Source: Pseudomonadota bacterium (GTDB taxonomy: Bacteria > Desulfobacterota > Desulfobacteria > Desulfobacterales > RPRI01). From it: a DNA stretch of 64,000 nucleotides. The notes below the pieces were generated by a model, which worked only from the letters and a program-made list of their open reading frames with translations, was not told where the DNA came from and searched no databases. The stretch is from assembly GCA_043825875.1 (NCBI GenBank), contig JBDRRF010000079.1:32001-96000 (forward strand), written 5' to 3'. This document shows positions 10,496-20,467 of the stretch, in pieces. Within the stretch, counting starts at the first letter, position 1. Each line of letters opens with the position of its first letter. The translations under genes were made by a program, and so were the position numbers.

Positions 10496-11766
10496 GGTTT
10501 TATGCCTCTGCTTTTTAATAAATCTCTATTGCGGGTTTTGGCAACAGGAACTTTTTTATATGTTCCGTCACGTTTTTCTTTTTCTATTACTTTAATAAAA
10601 AGCCTGGCCATCTGTATTTCCTTGCACATCTTGGAATAAAATGTTTCCCAGGCATATTCATACATTTTTTGAAGTGCATCAACACTCATTCTGGCAGGTT
10701 TAAATACAACTTCATCAGCAGTATAGTGAATCCAATCATTGTGAAGAATCCTGTTTTCTTTATCAAGCTGTGCTCTTATGGGTGTGTGAGGAAATGGGGT
10801 AAGAATTGTAAATTCAGCAAGATCCAGATCTATTTCCATCAGAAAATCAACAAGTCTTTTGATATAATCTTCATCATGATCATCTGTACCAAGAATAATA
10901 GTGCCTTCTACACCAATACCTCTTTCTTTTAAGCGTTTTATTCTTTTTCTGATGTGATCGGAAGTATCGACAATCGCCTGATAAACATACCAGCACCCGG
11001 CTTCTACAGCAAGATCCAGAATCTCATCATCATCTTTTATAGGATGTGATATCCATTTTCTTTTCAAAGGAATTAAGGCTTTAAACAGGGCTTTTTCCCA
11101 TTCATCATCCTGGGCCAAAGAGTTGTCAACAATAAACAAACGGTTGTTTTCTATACTTTCTATCTCGGCAACTACTGCATCAATAGGACGCGGCCTGAAT
11201 TTTCTTCCTCCAAGATACGGAGTGCAGCAGGGAAAACAGTTAAACCTACAGCCACGGGATGCATGTACAAGATCAACCATTTGAACACCGCGAAAATTAT
11301 AACTCTCACGATTTAATATACTTCTTCTTGCAGTTCCTATTAATGATGTCTCAGGAAAATCATGATAATAATTATATAATTTTTTAAGTTTGCCATCTTC
11401 AAAATCTTTTAAAACTTCATCAAAACGACCTTCGGCTTCTCCAACAAATACTGAATCGGCATGCAGTGCTGTTTCATCTGCATGAAGCATTGTGGCTATA
11501 CCGCCAAATATCACTTTTTTACCCCGCGCCCTGTATTCATCTGCTATTTCCCAGGCACGCGGCATCTGGCATGTGAGCATGACAGACATTGCAATCAAGT
11601 CTGCATCTTCATTAAAATCAAGGGGCTCAATATTTTCATCGCAAAACGATATTTCAATATCATCTCTTACAGCTGCGGCAAAAACTACCGGGCCATGAGG
11701 AGGAAGGTTAAATTCCGGCTGGTTTTTTAATTTTGGCCATTTCGGATAAATCAGTTTTATTTTCAC
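10492..11766 (-). CDS. B12-binding radical SAM protein
   Basis: HASRGCRFNCFPC, FGGIATML, VGEAEG. Start set at GTG 11766 after AAGAGGGA; the ORF-track extension reads through a repeat. Confidence 0.88.
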   Translation of the reverse strand: MKIKLIYPKWPKLKNQPEFNLPPHGPVVFAAAVRDDIEISFCDENIEPLDFNEDADLIAMSVMLTCQMPRAWEIADEYRARGKKVIFGGIATMLHADETALHADSVFVGEAEGRFDEVLKDFEDGKLKKLYNYYHDFPETSLIGTARRSILNRESYNFRGVQMVDLVHASRGCRFNCFPCCTPYLGGRKFRPRPIDAVVAEIESIENNRLFIVDNSLAQDDEWEKALFKALIPLKRKWISHPIKDDDEILDLAVEAGCWYVYQAIVDTSDHIRKRIKRLKERGIGVEGTIILGTDDHDEDYIKRLVDFLMEIDLDLAEFTILTPFPHTPIRAQLDKENRILHNDWIHYTADEVVFKPARMSVDALQKMYEYAWETFYSKMCKEIQMARLFIKVIEKEKRDGTYKKVPVAKTRNRDLLKSRGIKP

Positions 11767-11792
11767 AAAATCCCTCTTATTAATAAACTTTG

Positions 11793-11876
11793 AGGATTCA
11801 AGTGGTCGAGGGTTCAAGATAGATATCAATCACATCTATGCCTTGAGCCCTTGAATCCTTGACCCCTGGAACCCTT
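11793..11876. repeat. inverted array of octamer repeats (AGGGTTCA-type left arm, CTTGAACC-type right arm)
   Basis: AGGATTCA AGTGGTCG AGGGTTCA ... CTTGAGCC CTTGAATC CTTGACCC CTGGAACC. Confidence 0.75.
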
Positions 11877-12557
11877 TCAGCTAAAACAATTTAAATCCGT
11901 TAAAGCTGACACCATCTCATCAAATACTGCTTTTTCTGATGCTGTAACAACATTTTCAAAATTCAAGTTTTTTTTGTTTAATACATTATCTTCTTTTTCC
12001 AAAACAAATGCTATGGCACAAGACTCTTCTGCTTTAACTGCTATCATTGTGGGAGTTTCTTTATCGGTTATGCTTTTTTTTGCAAAATACAACATAGAAG
12101 AAAATTTTCTATCGCTAAAAGACATATGAAGCAACGGGCCGGATAATCCAAAATGAATGGCAGCCTCTGCCATAGGAGTTGACGGCAGCGTATATATAAA
12201 AAGATTTCCTCTGGCAAGTATTCTCCCGCTCTCAATATAATCTTTATAGTAATTAATATTCGATTCAAGGCATCCTTGTTCATTGGTGCCCAAAACCCCT
12301 ATATCACTTTTATCCGCATGTTTTTGGTCATAAGAATAGATTATACCTGCATCTTTTAATGCAAGTGCTACACTAAAGCATGTATTTTTTGATATAATAT
12401 CAAATCTTTTAAAGTTTTTTACAGGGTATGAAAAAATTGATTCATTTTTAAAACAAGCATACAAGGAATCAAACCCTTTATACGATTTTTTATGTTTTCC
12501 GATAGTATATCCGTATTCTTTATCGTCAAGCCAGCCTATGCCCGTTACAACAATCAT
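11877..12557 (-). CDS. short KS N-terminal/CLF-like protein
   Basis: VVTGIG, FKRFD, LFIYTLPS..AEAAIHFGLSGP; no catalytic triad. Confidence 0.75.
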   Translation of the reverse strand: MIVVTGIGWLDDKEYGYTIGKHKKSYKGFDSLYACFKNESIFSYPVKNFKRFDIISKNTCFSVALALKDAGIIYSYDQKHADKSDIGVLGTNEQGCLESNINYYKDYIESGRILARGNLFIYTLPSTPMAEAAIHFGLSGPLLHMSFSDRKFSSMLYFAKKSITDKETPTMIAVKAEESCAIAFVLEKEDNVLNKKNLNFENVVTASEKAVFDEMVSALTDLNCFS

Positions 12558-12565
12558 GAAAATTC

Positions 12566-13690
12566 CTAATTTTTAAGAATAAGCGCAGAATTAACTCCGC
12601 CAAAACCCGAATTGATTGAAAGAGTATAATTACTTTTATAAGATTGAGAAGATGAAAAAACCCAGCCCATTGCTTCTTCATCTACATTATTTAAATTAAC
12701 AGTTGGAGGTGTAATTTTTGTATTCAAAGACTCAAATGAAATTATTATTTCAAGAATACCCGCAGCACCAAGTGTATGACCTATTCCACCCTTAATCGAA
12801 TAAACAGGCAGTTTAGGTTCACCAAAGATTTTTTTAATTGCTTTCATTTCCATAGAATCATTGTATACAGTGCCGGTTCCGTGTGCCGATACGGACCCGA
12901 TTTCATTTTCAGATATTCCGGCAGATTGTAATGAATTAGAAATAGCTTGGCAAAGGCCGCTTCCGTCTCTTGAAGGGCCGGTTATATGGTTTGCATCATT
13001 TGACAAACCCCAACCTGCAACCTCACCCAGTACTTTCACATTATTTTTAACAGACCTTTCTTCACTCATAAGAAGCACATAACCGGCTGCTTCGCCAAGA
13101 CTTAAACCCCGTCTGTTTTCATCAAAAGGTTTTGCCTTGTCAGGATCAAGGGCCATCAGAGAAGAAAAACCGGCAGTAACAAATTCGGAAACACAATCAC
13201 AGCCTATAACTAAAACACTATCATAATCATTGTTTCTAATCAATGAAGCAGCCCTTGATACTGCAATGCTTGATGAAGCACATGCCGATGATACAACCGT
13301 TCCTTTGCCACAGGTTCCGGCAAGCCTCATTATCTTATCAAGCAAATAATCCGGCAGGCTTTCTTTTGCGCTTTGTTCTTCGCCCAAAACAAAGCGTTGC
13401 AGATATTCAATCTCACCATTTGTTGTAGCAAGAATAACAAAAGTATCATCAGGAATTTTTACCGTGTCCTTTGCAAGAAGCGGTCTTATCATCTGCATGA
13501 CAAGAGACTCTTCCTGTCTTATTTTAAGGCCCTCAATAATTCCGGCATTACCGGTTTGCATATTTAATGTGGCAAAACGCTCGATTGGCCGGATTGCGGT
13601 TATACCTGAAAAAAGCCCATCCCAGCATTTATCGGTGCCCCAGCCATAAGATGTAACCATATCGTATGCAACCGCAACAGCTCTTGTCAT
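12566..13690 (-). CDS. beta-ketoacyl-ACP synthase
   Basis: SACASS, AHGTGT, GHTLG, GFGGVN. Confidence 0.92.
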   Translation of the reverse strand: MTRAVAVAYDMVTSYGWGTDKCWDGLFSGITAIRPIERFATLNMQTGNAGIIEGLKIRQEESLVMQMIRPLLAKDTVKIPDDTFVILATTNGEIEYLQRFVLGEEQSAKESLPDYLLDKIMRLAGTCGKGTVVSSACASSSIAVSRAASLIRNNDYDSVLVIGCDCVSEFVTAGFSSLMALDPDKAKPFDENRRGLSLGEAAGYVLLMSEERSVKNNVKVLGEVAGWGLSNDANHITGPSRDGSGLCQAISNSLQSAGISENEIGSVSAHGTGTVYNDSMEMKAIKKIFGEPKLPVYSIKGGIGHTLGAAGILEIIISFESLNTKITPPTVNLNNVDEEAMGWVFSSSQSYKSNYTLSINSGFGGVNSALILKN

Positions 13691-14187
13691 TTAATCTCTC
13701 CTGCCATCCATCTTTTGCGGCATCTTTCAAGAAGTTCGGGGGATGCTATAATAACTTCACCGCTTAAAGCATCTGTAAACATCTGTATAGTATAACCTGT
13801 TGCAGCAATACTTTTATCTTTTTTTGTAATTATAAATTCGGTATTAAGTCTTGCGCCTTCATTCCAGATAAGAGAAGCAGTAACACTAAATTCTTCATCT
13901 AACATCAGCGAAAGATAATAATCTATATGAAGCTGTATTATCGGAGCCCTTAAATTTGAATCATAGAAATCTTTATAAGTAAGATTGCATTTTCTTCCAA
14001 GCGCAGCAGATGCTTCTTCAAAAAACTCTGGATACCTCCCATGCCATGAAATTCCCATAACATCGGCTTCGCTGAATCCGACACGTCTTGTTATACTTGT
14101 CAAAACAGGATCTGGAACACCTTTAACACGTTCGAAATAACCGTTTTTTCTTCTGCGCAATAATGTGCGATCTTTATTTGTATTCAT
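13687..14187 (-). CDS. acyl-CoA/ACP thioesterase (hotdog fold)
   Basis: VGFSEADVMGISWHGRYPEFFE. Confidence 0.85.
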   Translation of the reverse strand: MNTNKDRTLLRRRKNGYFERVKGVPDPVLTSITRRVGFSEADVMGISWHGRYPEFFEEASAALGRKCNLTYKDFYDSNLRAPIIQLHIDYYLSLMLDEEFSVTASLIWNEGARLNTEFIITKKDKSIAATGYTIQMFTDALSGEVIIASPELLERCRKRWMAGEIK

Positions 14188-14188
14188 A

Positions 14189-14560
14189 TTAAACCAATGA
14201 CACTTTCAATTGTATTTCTGCTACCTTTGTATCACCGCTTGTAACAGATGCCTTTATCTTTGATTCTTTTACTTCTTCATTAATTTTTGTGGATACAATT
14301 ATAATTTCCTGATTTACAGTTACCGAAGCAACAAATTTTGCCAGCAAAATCTCTGTTAAGCAAATTTTTTTTCCATGATATTTTTCAAGCATTGCAATTA
14401 CCGACTGAATTTTACAAACACCCGGCAAAATAGGCCTGTCCGGAAAATGACCTTTAAATCCTGTAAATTCAGGCAAAAAAATAAATCGGGCTGTTATACC
14501 ACCTTTACTTTCCGTAAGCTCAAACATGGATTCATTTATCTGTTGCATCAGGATATTCAT
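14189..14560 (-). CDS. 3-hydroxyacyl-ACP dehydratase (FabZ/ApeI-like)
   Basis: FKGHFPDRPILPGV. Confidence 0.85.
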   Translation of the reverse strand: MNILMQQINESMFELTESKGGITARFIFLPEFTGFKGHFPDRPILPGVCKIQSVIAMLEKYHGKKICLTEILLAKFVASVTVNQEIIIVSTKINEEVKESKIKASVTSGDTKVAEIQLKVSLV

Positions 14561-15225
14561 TGCCTGACCTCTTTTAGCCTTAATATCAACCTATAATCAT
14601 ATTTGTAATTATTAAGGATTATTCCGGATGGATGTATTTTGCCACATTTATTCTTATATTCATAATAATTAACACACCATATGACATCATCTTTAACAAG
14701 GTATCTTTTTTTAACAAGAAAATTGTTTTGCCCTGCAAAAACATATTCAGTAGTTAAATCAGCATCTTTTTGGCTAAAAACAATTTCACATTTATTTTTA
14801 TGTACTTTTGAGCCGTTTTCAGGCAGACGATCAAAAAATATTTTCCTTATATCATCTCCCACAGCTTCGGCGAAATTCCCTTTTTTGGTAAATTCTTCGA
14901 TAGCAAATTTTAATATGTTTTTATCCTTTTCACCAACGAGTTCAAAAAGTTTGATTCCAACCGGGTTTATACCTGCTACCGTAAACACTTTATCTTTCGT
15001 ATCAATATCCGAATATCCTATAAATGAAATGGACTGCCCCTTATATTCAAAAACGATAGTATTTATTATCTGAAATTTTTCAGGAAGCACCAGCGCAAAG
15101 TTTTCTATTACACTGTCAGGATCAACATTTTCCATCAAAACACAGGAAGTTTTATTAAAGGGAATATTGCTGCAACCAGCAAATAATAAAAAAATAATCC
15201 CTGTAATAGCAAAATATCTTAGCAT
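14557..15225 (-). CDS. lipoprotein, DUF3261-like
   Basis: Lipobox FAGC; GINPVGIKLF; position typical of APE-like clusters. Confidence 0.6.
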   Translation of the reverse strand: MLRYFAITGIIFLLFAGCSNIPFNKTSCVLMENVDPDSVIENFALVLPEKFQIINTIVFEYKGQSISFIGYSDIDTKDKVFTVAGINPVGIKLFELVGEKDKNILKFAIEEFTKKGNFAEAVGDDIRKIFFDRLPENGSKVHKNKCEIVFSQKDADLTTEYVFAGQNNFLVKKRYLVKDDVIWCVNYYEYKNKCGKIHPSGIILNNYKYDYRLILRLKEVRQ

Positions 15226-17675
15226 TTAATACCTTTTTTTGTAAGCCAAAGCCTGTAAATACATGGTATTGCAATAACAGAGGAAAGAAATCCGACCAGA
15301 AGTCCTGTAAAAAGTATTGTCCCTATTGAAAATAACACAGGGTGTTTTGCAAAAAGCAGAACGCCGGTTCCTATCATACTTGTCAATGCAGCTAGAAACA
15401 CCGCCGTCTCCGTACCTGTATTGTAGTTATGGCAACATTTATAAACCATAAATATTCCGTAGTCACTGCAAAGCCCGACAAGAATCATGATTGCAATCAA
15501 ACATGGAGCATTCAAGCTTAAGCCGACTATGGGAAGAACACCCAAAGCTGCCGCCAGACCCATAAAAACCGGTACAAGCGCAAGGAAAGTCAGCTTAATA
15601 TCTTTTAGTAATATCATCATCAAAATAGGAAGAAAAATTCCTGCAATTATAGATATATATATAATCTCATGTGAAATTACATCTGAAAGAGCTGTTGAAA
15701 TTTGCTTTCTTGATACAATAAATGTATCCTGGTGTACTTTGCTTATTTTTGCAAATTCTGAAATATATGATTCTTCATCAGGAAAAAAAGTTAATACGTA
15801 AAAGCCTTTTTCATGTTTTAGAATAAACCTTTCTTTTATTTTTTTTAAAAATTCATTCTCATCAGTGTTTACTAAAACATCAGTACCATTATAAAGATTA
15901 TCAAAAAAAGGATTAAAAGCATTGTCAGAAAAATTATAAGCCCTGCCCTCTTTTGCAAAAAGCTCTTTTAATTTTGTAACCTTTTCTTTGGTCCAGAATT
16001 TTTCCCAAAAAACGGCATTCTCGCTTCTTGTTTTTAAAGAAGGCCATATAGCAGCAAAACTTGAAATATTGTCATTTCCAAATTTATTAACAGCCTTTTT
16101 ATATATAAGTTCTGTTACAAGAATTGCTTGTTCAGGATTTTTATTAAAAACAACCAGTATTGCAGGATCATCATTTTTTACCCATGCTTTTTTAAATGAA
16201 TCTTCCGCTTTAAATATTTCAGGATTGCTTCCGTCAAATTGCTTTATATCGCTGTCAAACTGAATTTTGGATAAGAAAAAAACCATTATAAGTGCTAATA
16301 ACACCCATATGAAAACCCATATTTTATCATTTATTTTGGCGGTGCTTTTTCTATCATCGGGTTTTGAAAATACTGCTAATCTGTTAAACAGGCCATGCAT
16401 CTTAAATTCATTGTTTGTTTCAACAAAAGGCGGCAGAAAATAAAGTGAGCAAATCAGTGAAAAAATAATGCTGATTACAGAAAACACTGCAAGCTGACGG
16501 TATCCGGGAACATCCGAAAAATAAAAAGCTGCAAAAATACCTATTGTTGTTAAAGTTCCTGCGATTACCGGCTTTTTTACCTGTTTAACGGCATCAAATC
16601 TGTTGCTGCTGCATCTTATGGCAGTATAAACGTGTATTCCGTAATCAACTGAAATGCCGGCTATAGTTGCTCCCATGCCTATAATAAAATAAGATAATTT
16701 ATCTAAAAAAAAGGAAGATAGGCTGACTGCAACCGCAACCGAAGCAAGGGGAATTAAAAAAACCAACCCGGCTTTTATATCACGGAAGAAAAACAAAAAT
16801 ACGAGAAAAAAAGCAACTGATGCAATTATCATTGTAAGCTGTATATCGCTTTTTATAACATCCTCATTGCTTATAGTATGAAGATGAGCAGAAATTATAT
16901 CAGAAGAAATATGAGGGGGAAGTGCATCAAGTTTTTCATGAAGATAAGCTATAAGCTTTCGCGATCCGAAACCATCGCTAACCGCAACCGGGGTTTTTAG
17001 TATCATTAAAGCATGTCTTTTGTCCCGGCTTAATAAATGGCCGTTTTTTATTATTACTTCATAACCGGTTGAAGAAGAAAATTTTTGCAATTTTTTAAGC
17101 AACCCGTTTTTTATTCCGAAAGGATCGGATCTTACAAACAAAGTTGCAAACATGCCAGATGGAGAAATGATCTGCATGTAATTTTTTTTCAAAACCAAAT
17201 TTATTCCATCCGTATTAATTAAAGAATCAATATTTAATAAAGTTTCTTTATCTGTAAGCTGGGGTGTGTATTTTAAAAATTCCAACATATCCTTAAAAGA
17301 TTCGGTTTCCGAAACATTAAAAAACACCTCGGTAATTGAAGGAGGTTCTAAGGATAATGCAAGACGGTCAACTTCTTTTATAAGATCGGTTTCCGTTTTA
17401 TTTACATCATTAAGCTTTAATGAAAGTACTATCTTTTCCGAAAATTCAGACTCTCTTAAAAAACGTATGCTTCTTATAATTTCAGTTTCTTCGGGAAGCA
17501 TCGACTCCATATTGTTGTCAAAAGAAACAAAAAAAAATCCGGCTACAGATATTGCAATAACAAGAAAAAAGATTCCGGTTATAATTAACTTCTTTTTTTT
17601 ATTGTTTATTTCGGATTTTATTTTTATATCATCCGGCAATGGGAATAAGCCTCCATGCGGCAGGTTCAATTTCAA
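15219..17675 (-). CDS. MMPL/RND family exporter
   Basis: Two repeats of TM bundles, GISVDYGIH and GLCSDYGIF; start codon uncertain. Confidence 0.88.
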   Translation of the reverse strand: MKLNLPHGGLFPLPDDIKIKSEINNKKKKLIITGIFFLVIAISVAGFFFVSFDNNMESMLPEETEIIRSIRFLRESEFSEKIVLSLKLNDVNKTETDLIKEVDRLALSLEPPSITEVFFNVSETESFKDMLEFLKYTPQLTDKETLLNIDSLINTDGINLVLKKNYMQIISPSGMFATLFVRSDPFGIKNGLLKKLQKFSSSTGYEVIIKNGHLLSRDKRHALMILKTPVAVSDGFGSRKLIAYLHEKLDALPPHISSDIISAHLHTISNEDVIKSDIQLTMIIASVAFFLVFLFFFRDIKAGLVFLIPLASVAVAVSLSSFFLDKLSYFIIGMGATIAGISVDYGIHVYTAIRCSSNRFDAVKQVKKPVIAGTLTTIGIFAAFYFSDVPGYRQLAVFSVISIIFSLICSLYFLPPFVETNNEFKMHGLFNRLAVFSKPDDRKSTAKINDKIWVFIWVLLALIMVFFLSKIQFDSDIKQFDGSNPEIFKAEDSFKKAWVKNDDPAILVVFNKNPEQAILVTELIYKKAVNKFGNDNISSFAAIWPSLKTRSENAVFWEKFWTKEKVTKLKELFAKEGRAYNFSDNAFNPFFDNLYNGTDVLVNTDENEFLKKIKERFILKHEKGFYVLTFFPDEESYISEFAKISKVHQDTFIVSRKQISTALSDVISHEIIYISIIAGIFLPILMMILLKDIKLTFLALVPVFMGLAAALGVLPIVGLSLNAPCLIAIMILVGLCSDYGIFMVYKCCHNYNTGTETAVFLAALTSMIGTGVLLFAKHPVLFSIGTILFTGLLVGFLSSVIAIPCIYRLWLTKKGIKC

Positions 17676-18303
17676 TATTTACATTTGTGTCAACAAACAT
17701 GAGTGAGGTTGTATCACCGCTTTTTTCCTCAATAAAAATTTTCTGGATGTATTGTTCGTCTTTTCTGAAATCAACTGTTACGCTTTTAATAACATTGCCT
17801 GCAAAGGTTTCAGTCTTTGGAACAAACTTTAGTGATACGGGTTTATCGCAAACAAGGATAACATCATAATCTTTTACCAGCTGTGTGTAAGCGCCTGAAA
17901 ACCATCCCCGCATCTGACCGATAACTGCTTCAAATGCCGGATTTTTTGACAGAGAAATCTTTTGAACCTTTTTTGTATCTTCATCCCACTGGCTGATAGT
18001 ATTTTCGGACATAATCATAATATATTGCAAAGGCTCATTTACACGCCATGCCAGCCGATACGGTTTTTCGATATAAATCATTCCTTTTAATACAACTTTA
18101 CTGTTAAAAACTGCCAGTTCTTTTTCCTGAATAAATGCGGTTTTTAAGGTTTTTATCTTTGCCATCTTTGTTTCAAGCCTTTGCAATACCTCATCTAAAT
18201 CGGTTTTGTTATCAGCCATAGTATTTGTTTGCTCTGCCAATACTGATGCTGCAAATAAAATCATCAGCATTAAAAGAGTAAATATTCGTATCGTTTTAAA
18301 CAT
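17629..18303 (-). CDS. LolA-like outer membrane lipoprotein carrier
   Basis: Signal peptide; FIQEKEL...GMIYIEKPYRLAW; EKSGDTT. Confidence 0.8.
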   Translation of the reverse strand: MFKTIRIFTLLMLMILFAASVLAEQTNTMADNKTDLDEVLQRLETKMAKIKTLKTAFIQEKELAVFNSKVVLKGMIYIEKPYRLAWRVNEPLQYIMIMSENTISQWDEDTKKVQKISLSKNPAFEAVIGQMRGWFSGAYTQLVKDYDVILVCDKPVSLKFVPKTETFAGNVIKSVTVDFRKDEQYIQKIFIEEKSGDTTSLMFVDTNVNIEIEPAAWRLIPIAG

Positions 18304-18315
18304 TGCCTGTTCCTT

Positions 18316-19410
18316 TTATTCCTGATCCGTATTATGCCAGATCTTAATCTCTCCAAAAGCAAGTACTTCGTTATCTCTTTTAATAATCCCTTTTACTATG
18401 CCGAAACCACCAAACTTGGCATACTTAAAAACATAGATAGAAAGTCTATCTCCAACCTTTGCGTTAGAGTTTATAATAAGTTTTTTTCCTCCCAGAAGAT
18501 AACCTTCCGGAGCAGAACCAGTTGCTTCCATATTTCTGAACCCATTGAGTGCGGCAATAGATTGTGCCATCATTTCAAAGTAAGCGACATTATCTATACT
18601 GCCGTCTTTTTCCGCAAAAGGCATCCCTTCTTTGATCAACACAGAACATTTTGCGCTGCGTTCCGCCAATTTGTCAATTGTATCAATAATTCGCATAGGA
18701 GGCATTTGCGGTATTATTCCATCAAGTTGCTGTGGAAGGGAGATAATGTCATATCTGCGTTCTTCATTTCTTTCACATAAAGGGTCTGGCGCAAGATAAT
18801 CTCCTGTAATAAGATACGATCTGCCACGGCATCCATAACATATTTTGGCTTTTTCGCATATGCGACATGGCCCTTTTATTTTATTTTTGTAGTCTTTCAA
18901 ATCGCATAATATTTCACTGTCTTTTATAATATCGCTTAGCTTTTGATAATGGATATTTCCCAAAGGTATTTTAAGCCCCGGACAGGGCAAAACATAACCG
19001 TAAGATGTAACAATGCATGAATATCTATGGCGCATACATAAAGCGGGAGTACTTTTTTCTGAATATGCATTACAAAAACACTGTTCATCCAAGATAGTAG
19101 CATCAATACCAAGACTTTTTGCAAAAGATAAAACATTTTGTATTTTGGGGAAGTATTTAACTCCTTTCCCTGAAACTACAATCACTTTTACCCCAAGAGC
19201 TTTTGCCTCATTGATTATATCGCAGATCTTTTCATCAGAAAGTTTATTTTCCGGCAATGAAACAGGATTAATAAAGGCTGTAGAAAACCCGAAATCAACC
19301 GGATCTCCCAAATATATTTCAAGAGCATAAAGATTGTTTGCCTTATCTTCATTCATATCCTTATTAAAGGAAAACAGGGAGTCGAATATCCGGCTGCATG
19401 ATTCAGCCAT
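18316..19410 (-). CDS. degenerate radical SAM/SPASM domain fused to hotdog dehydratase-like domain
   Basis: SPASM Cys (CMRHRYSC..GYVLPCPG..GPCRICEKAKICYGCRGR..DPLC); C-terminal IPQMPPMRIID..EMMAQSIA; no CxxxCxxC. Confidence 0.75.
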   Translation of the reverse strand: MAESCSRIFDSLFSFNKDMNEDKANNLYALEIYLGDPVDFGFSTAFINPVSLPENKLSDEKICDIINEAKALGVKVIVVSGKGVKYFPKIQNVLSFAKSLGIDATILDEQCFCNAYSEKSTPALCMRHRYSCIVTSYGYVLPCPGLKIPLGNIHYQKLSDIIKDSEILCDLKDYKNKIKGPCRICEKAKICYGCRGRSYLITGDYLAPDPLCERNEERRYDIISLPQQLDGIIPQMPPMRIIDTIDKLAERSAKCSVLIKEGMPFAEKDGSIDNVAYFEMMAQSIAALNGFRNMEATGSAPEGYLLGGKKLIINSNAKVGDRLSIYVFKYAKFGGFGIVKGIIKRDNEVLAFGEIKIWHNTDQE

Positions 19411-20167
19411 CTTTTTTACTTTCCATTATTTTGATCTCATCTATCATTATCTGACGAACTCTGTTTTTTAATTTAAAAGGGCTGTAATTTTTATATTCAT
19501 CATCAGTTATGGTTTTAAGCTTATGTATTTTTATGACCCCGGGTCTTAAAAGAAGGGTTCCTCTTGCCGGAATATTTTCATTTCCTGTAATGCATACGGG
19601 CACAATCGGATATCCTGATTTAAGCGCAACTCTGAACATTGAACTGTGAAACTGCCCAACCGAACCATCTTTAGAGCGGGTCCCTTCAGGAAAAGCAGCA
19701 ATGGATACACCTTCGTTTAAAAGCTCAATAGTTTTTTTCTCAAAATCTTCAAACGGCATTTCTCTTACACTCAAATATCCGGCACTTTTTGCCATAAAGC
19801 CAAGTATCGGGATTTTAAAAGGCCAAATGTTTACTACCTGTATAACTTCTTTATATGGAAGATAAGCCATCAGAAAAGGATCAGAGGCTGATCTGTGATT
19901 ACAGATAAAAATAAACGGCCCCGGATTGTTTGATGCATCAACATCCTTATAAAATATACGCACAAAAGGAAATGGAAGAACCTTGCATACTCCAATACCA
20001 TACCAGGCAACAGCTCTGCGAAATTTTTTCATTGCTTTCCGATGGGAAATAAACAGAGCCTGAATTGCTACAATAAGAGAAAAAAGTGGAATCCCAAAAA
20101 CAGAAAAAACGATAAAGAAAAAATAAAATAGTAAATTGAAAAAAAATAGTGTAAAAAAGTCTTTCAT
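19403..20167 (-). CDS. 1-acyl-sn-glycerol-3-phosphate acyltransferase family
   Basis: NHRSASD, FPEGTRS. Confidence 0.92.
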   Translation of the reverse strand: MKDFFTLFFFNLLFYFFFIVFSVFGIPLFSLIVAIQALFISHRKAMKKFRRAVAWYGIGVCKVLPFPFVRIFYKDVDASNNPGPFIFICNHRSASDPFLMAYLPYKEVIQVVNIWPFKIPILGFMAKSAGYLSVREMPFEDFEKKTIELLNEGVSIAAFPEGTRSKDGSVGQFHSSMFRVALKSGYPIVPVCITGNENIPARGTLLLRPGVIKIHKLKTITDDEYKNYSPFKLKNRVRQIMIDEIKIMESKKDG

Positions 20168-20191
20168 CTTAATTAATAGAGCATTTCTGTA

Positions 20192-20443
20192 TCAATATTC
20201 TGCTTTTAATGTAAATATGAAATTATATATATCCTGAAGCGTTCTTATGGTCTGTATCCTCTCGTCGTTTCGTATTTTTACGCCGAATTTCTCCTGTAAA
20301 GCCACAACAAGATCTACCACATCCAAACTATCTAACCCTAGATCCTGGAATATATTCACTTCCGGTTTTAATAGTTCTTTTTCGATTTCAAACGATTCTT
20401 CAAAAACCTGATTTGTCAGTTTAATTATCTCTTGTTCTGTCAT
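20192..20443 (-). CDS. acyl carrier protein
   Basis: DLGLDSLDVVDLV. Confidence 0.93.
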   Translation of the reverse strand: MTEQEIIKLTNQVFEESFEIEKELLKPEVNIFQDLGLDSLDVVDLVVALQEKFGVKIRNDERIQTIRTLQDIYNFIFTLKAEY

Positions 20444-20467
20444 TTAATATCCCGTTATATTTTATAA

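Noticed and set aside
11767..11829. N-terminal extension MISILNPRPLESS of the radical SAM ORF
   Set aside because: It is a read-through of the octamer repeat; GTG 11766 has the RBS.
17620..17675. Frameshift at the MMPL start (the overlapping ATG is followed by an immediate stop)
   Set aside because: In-frame TTG starts exist and the ORF is otherwise intact; treated as start ambiguity.
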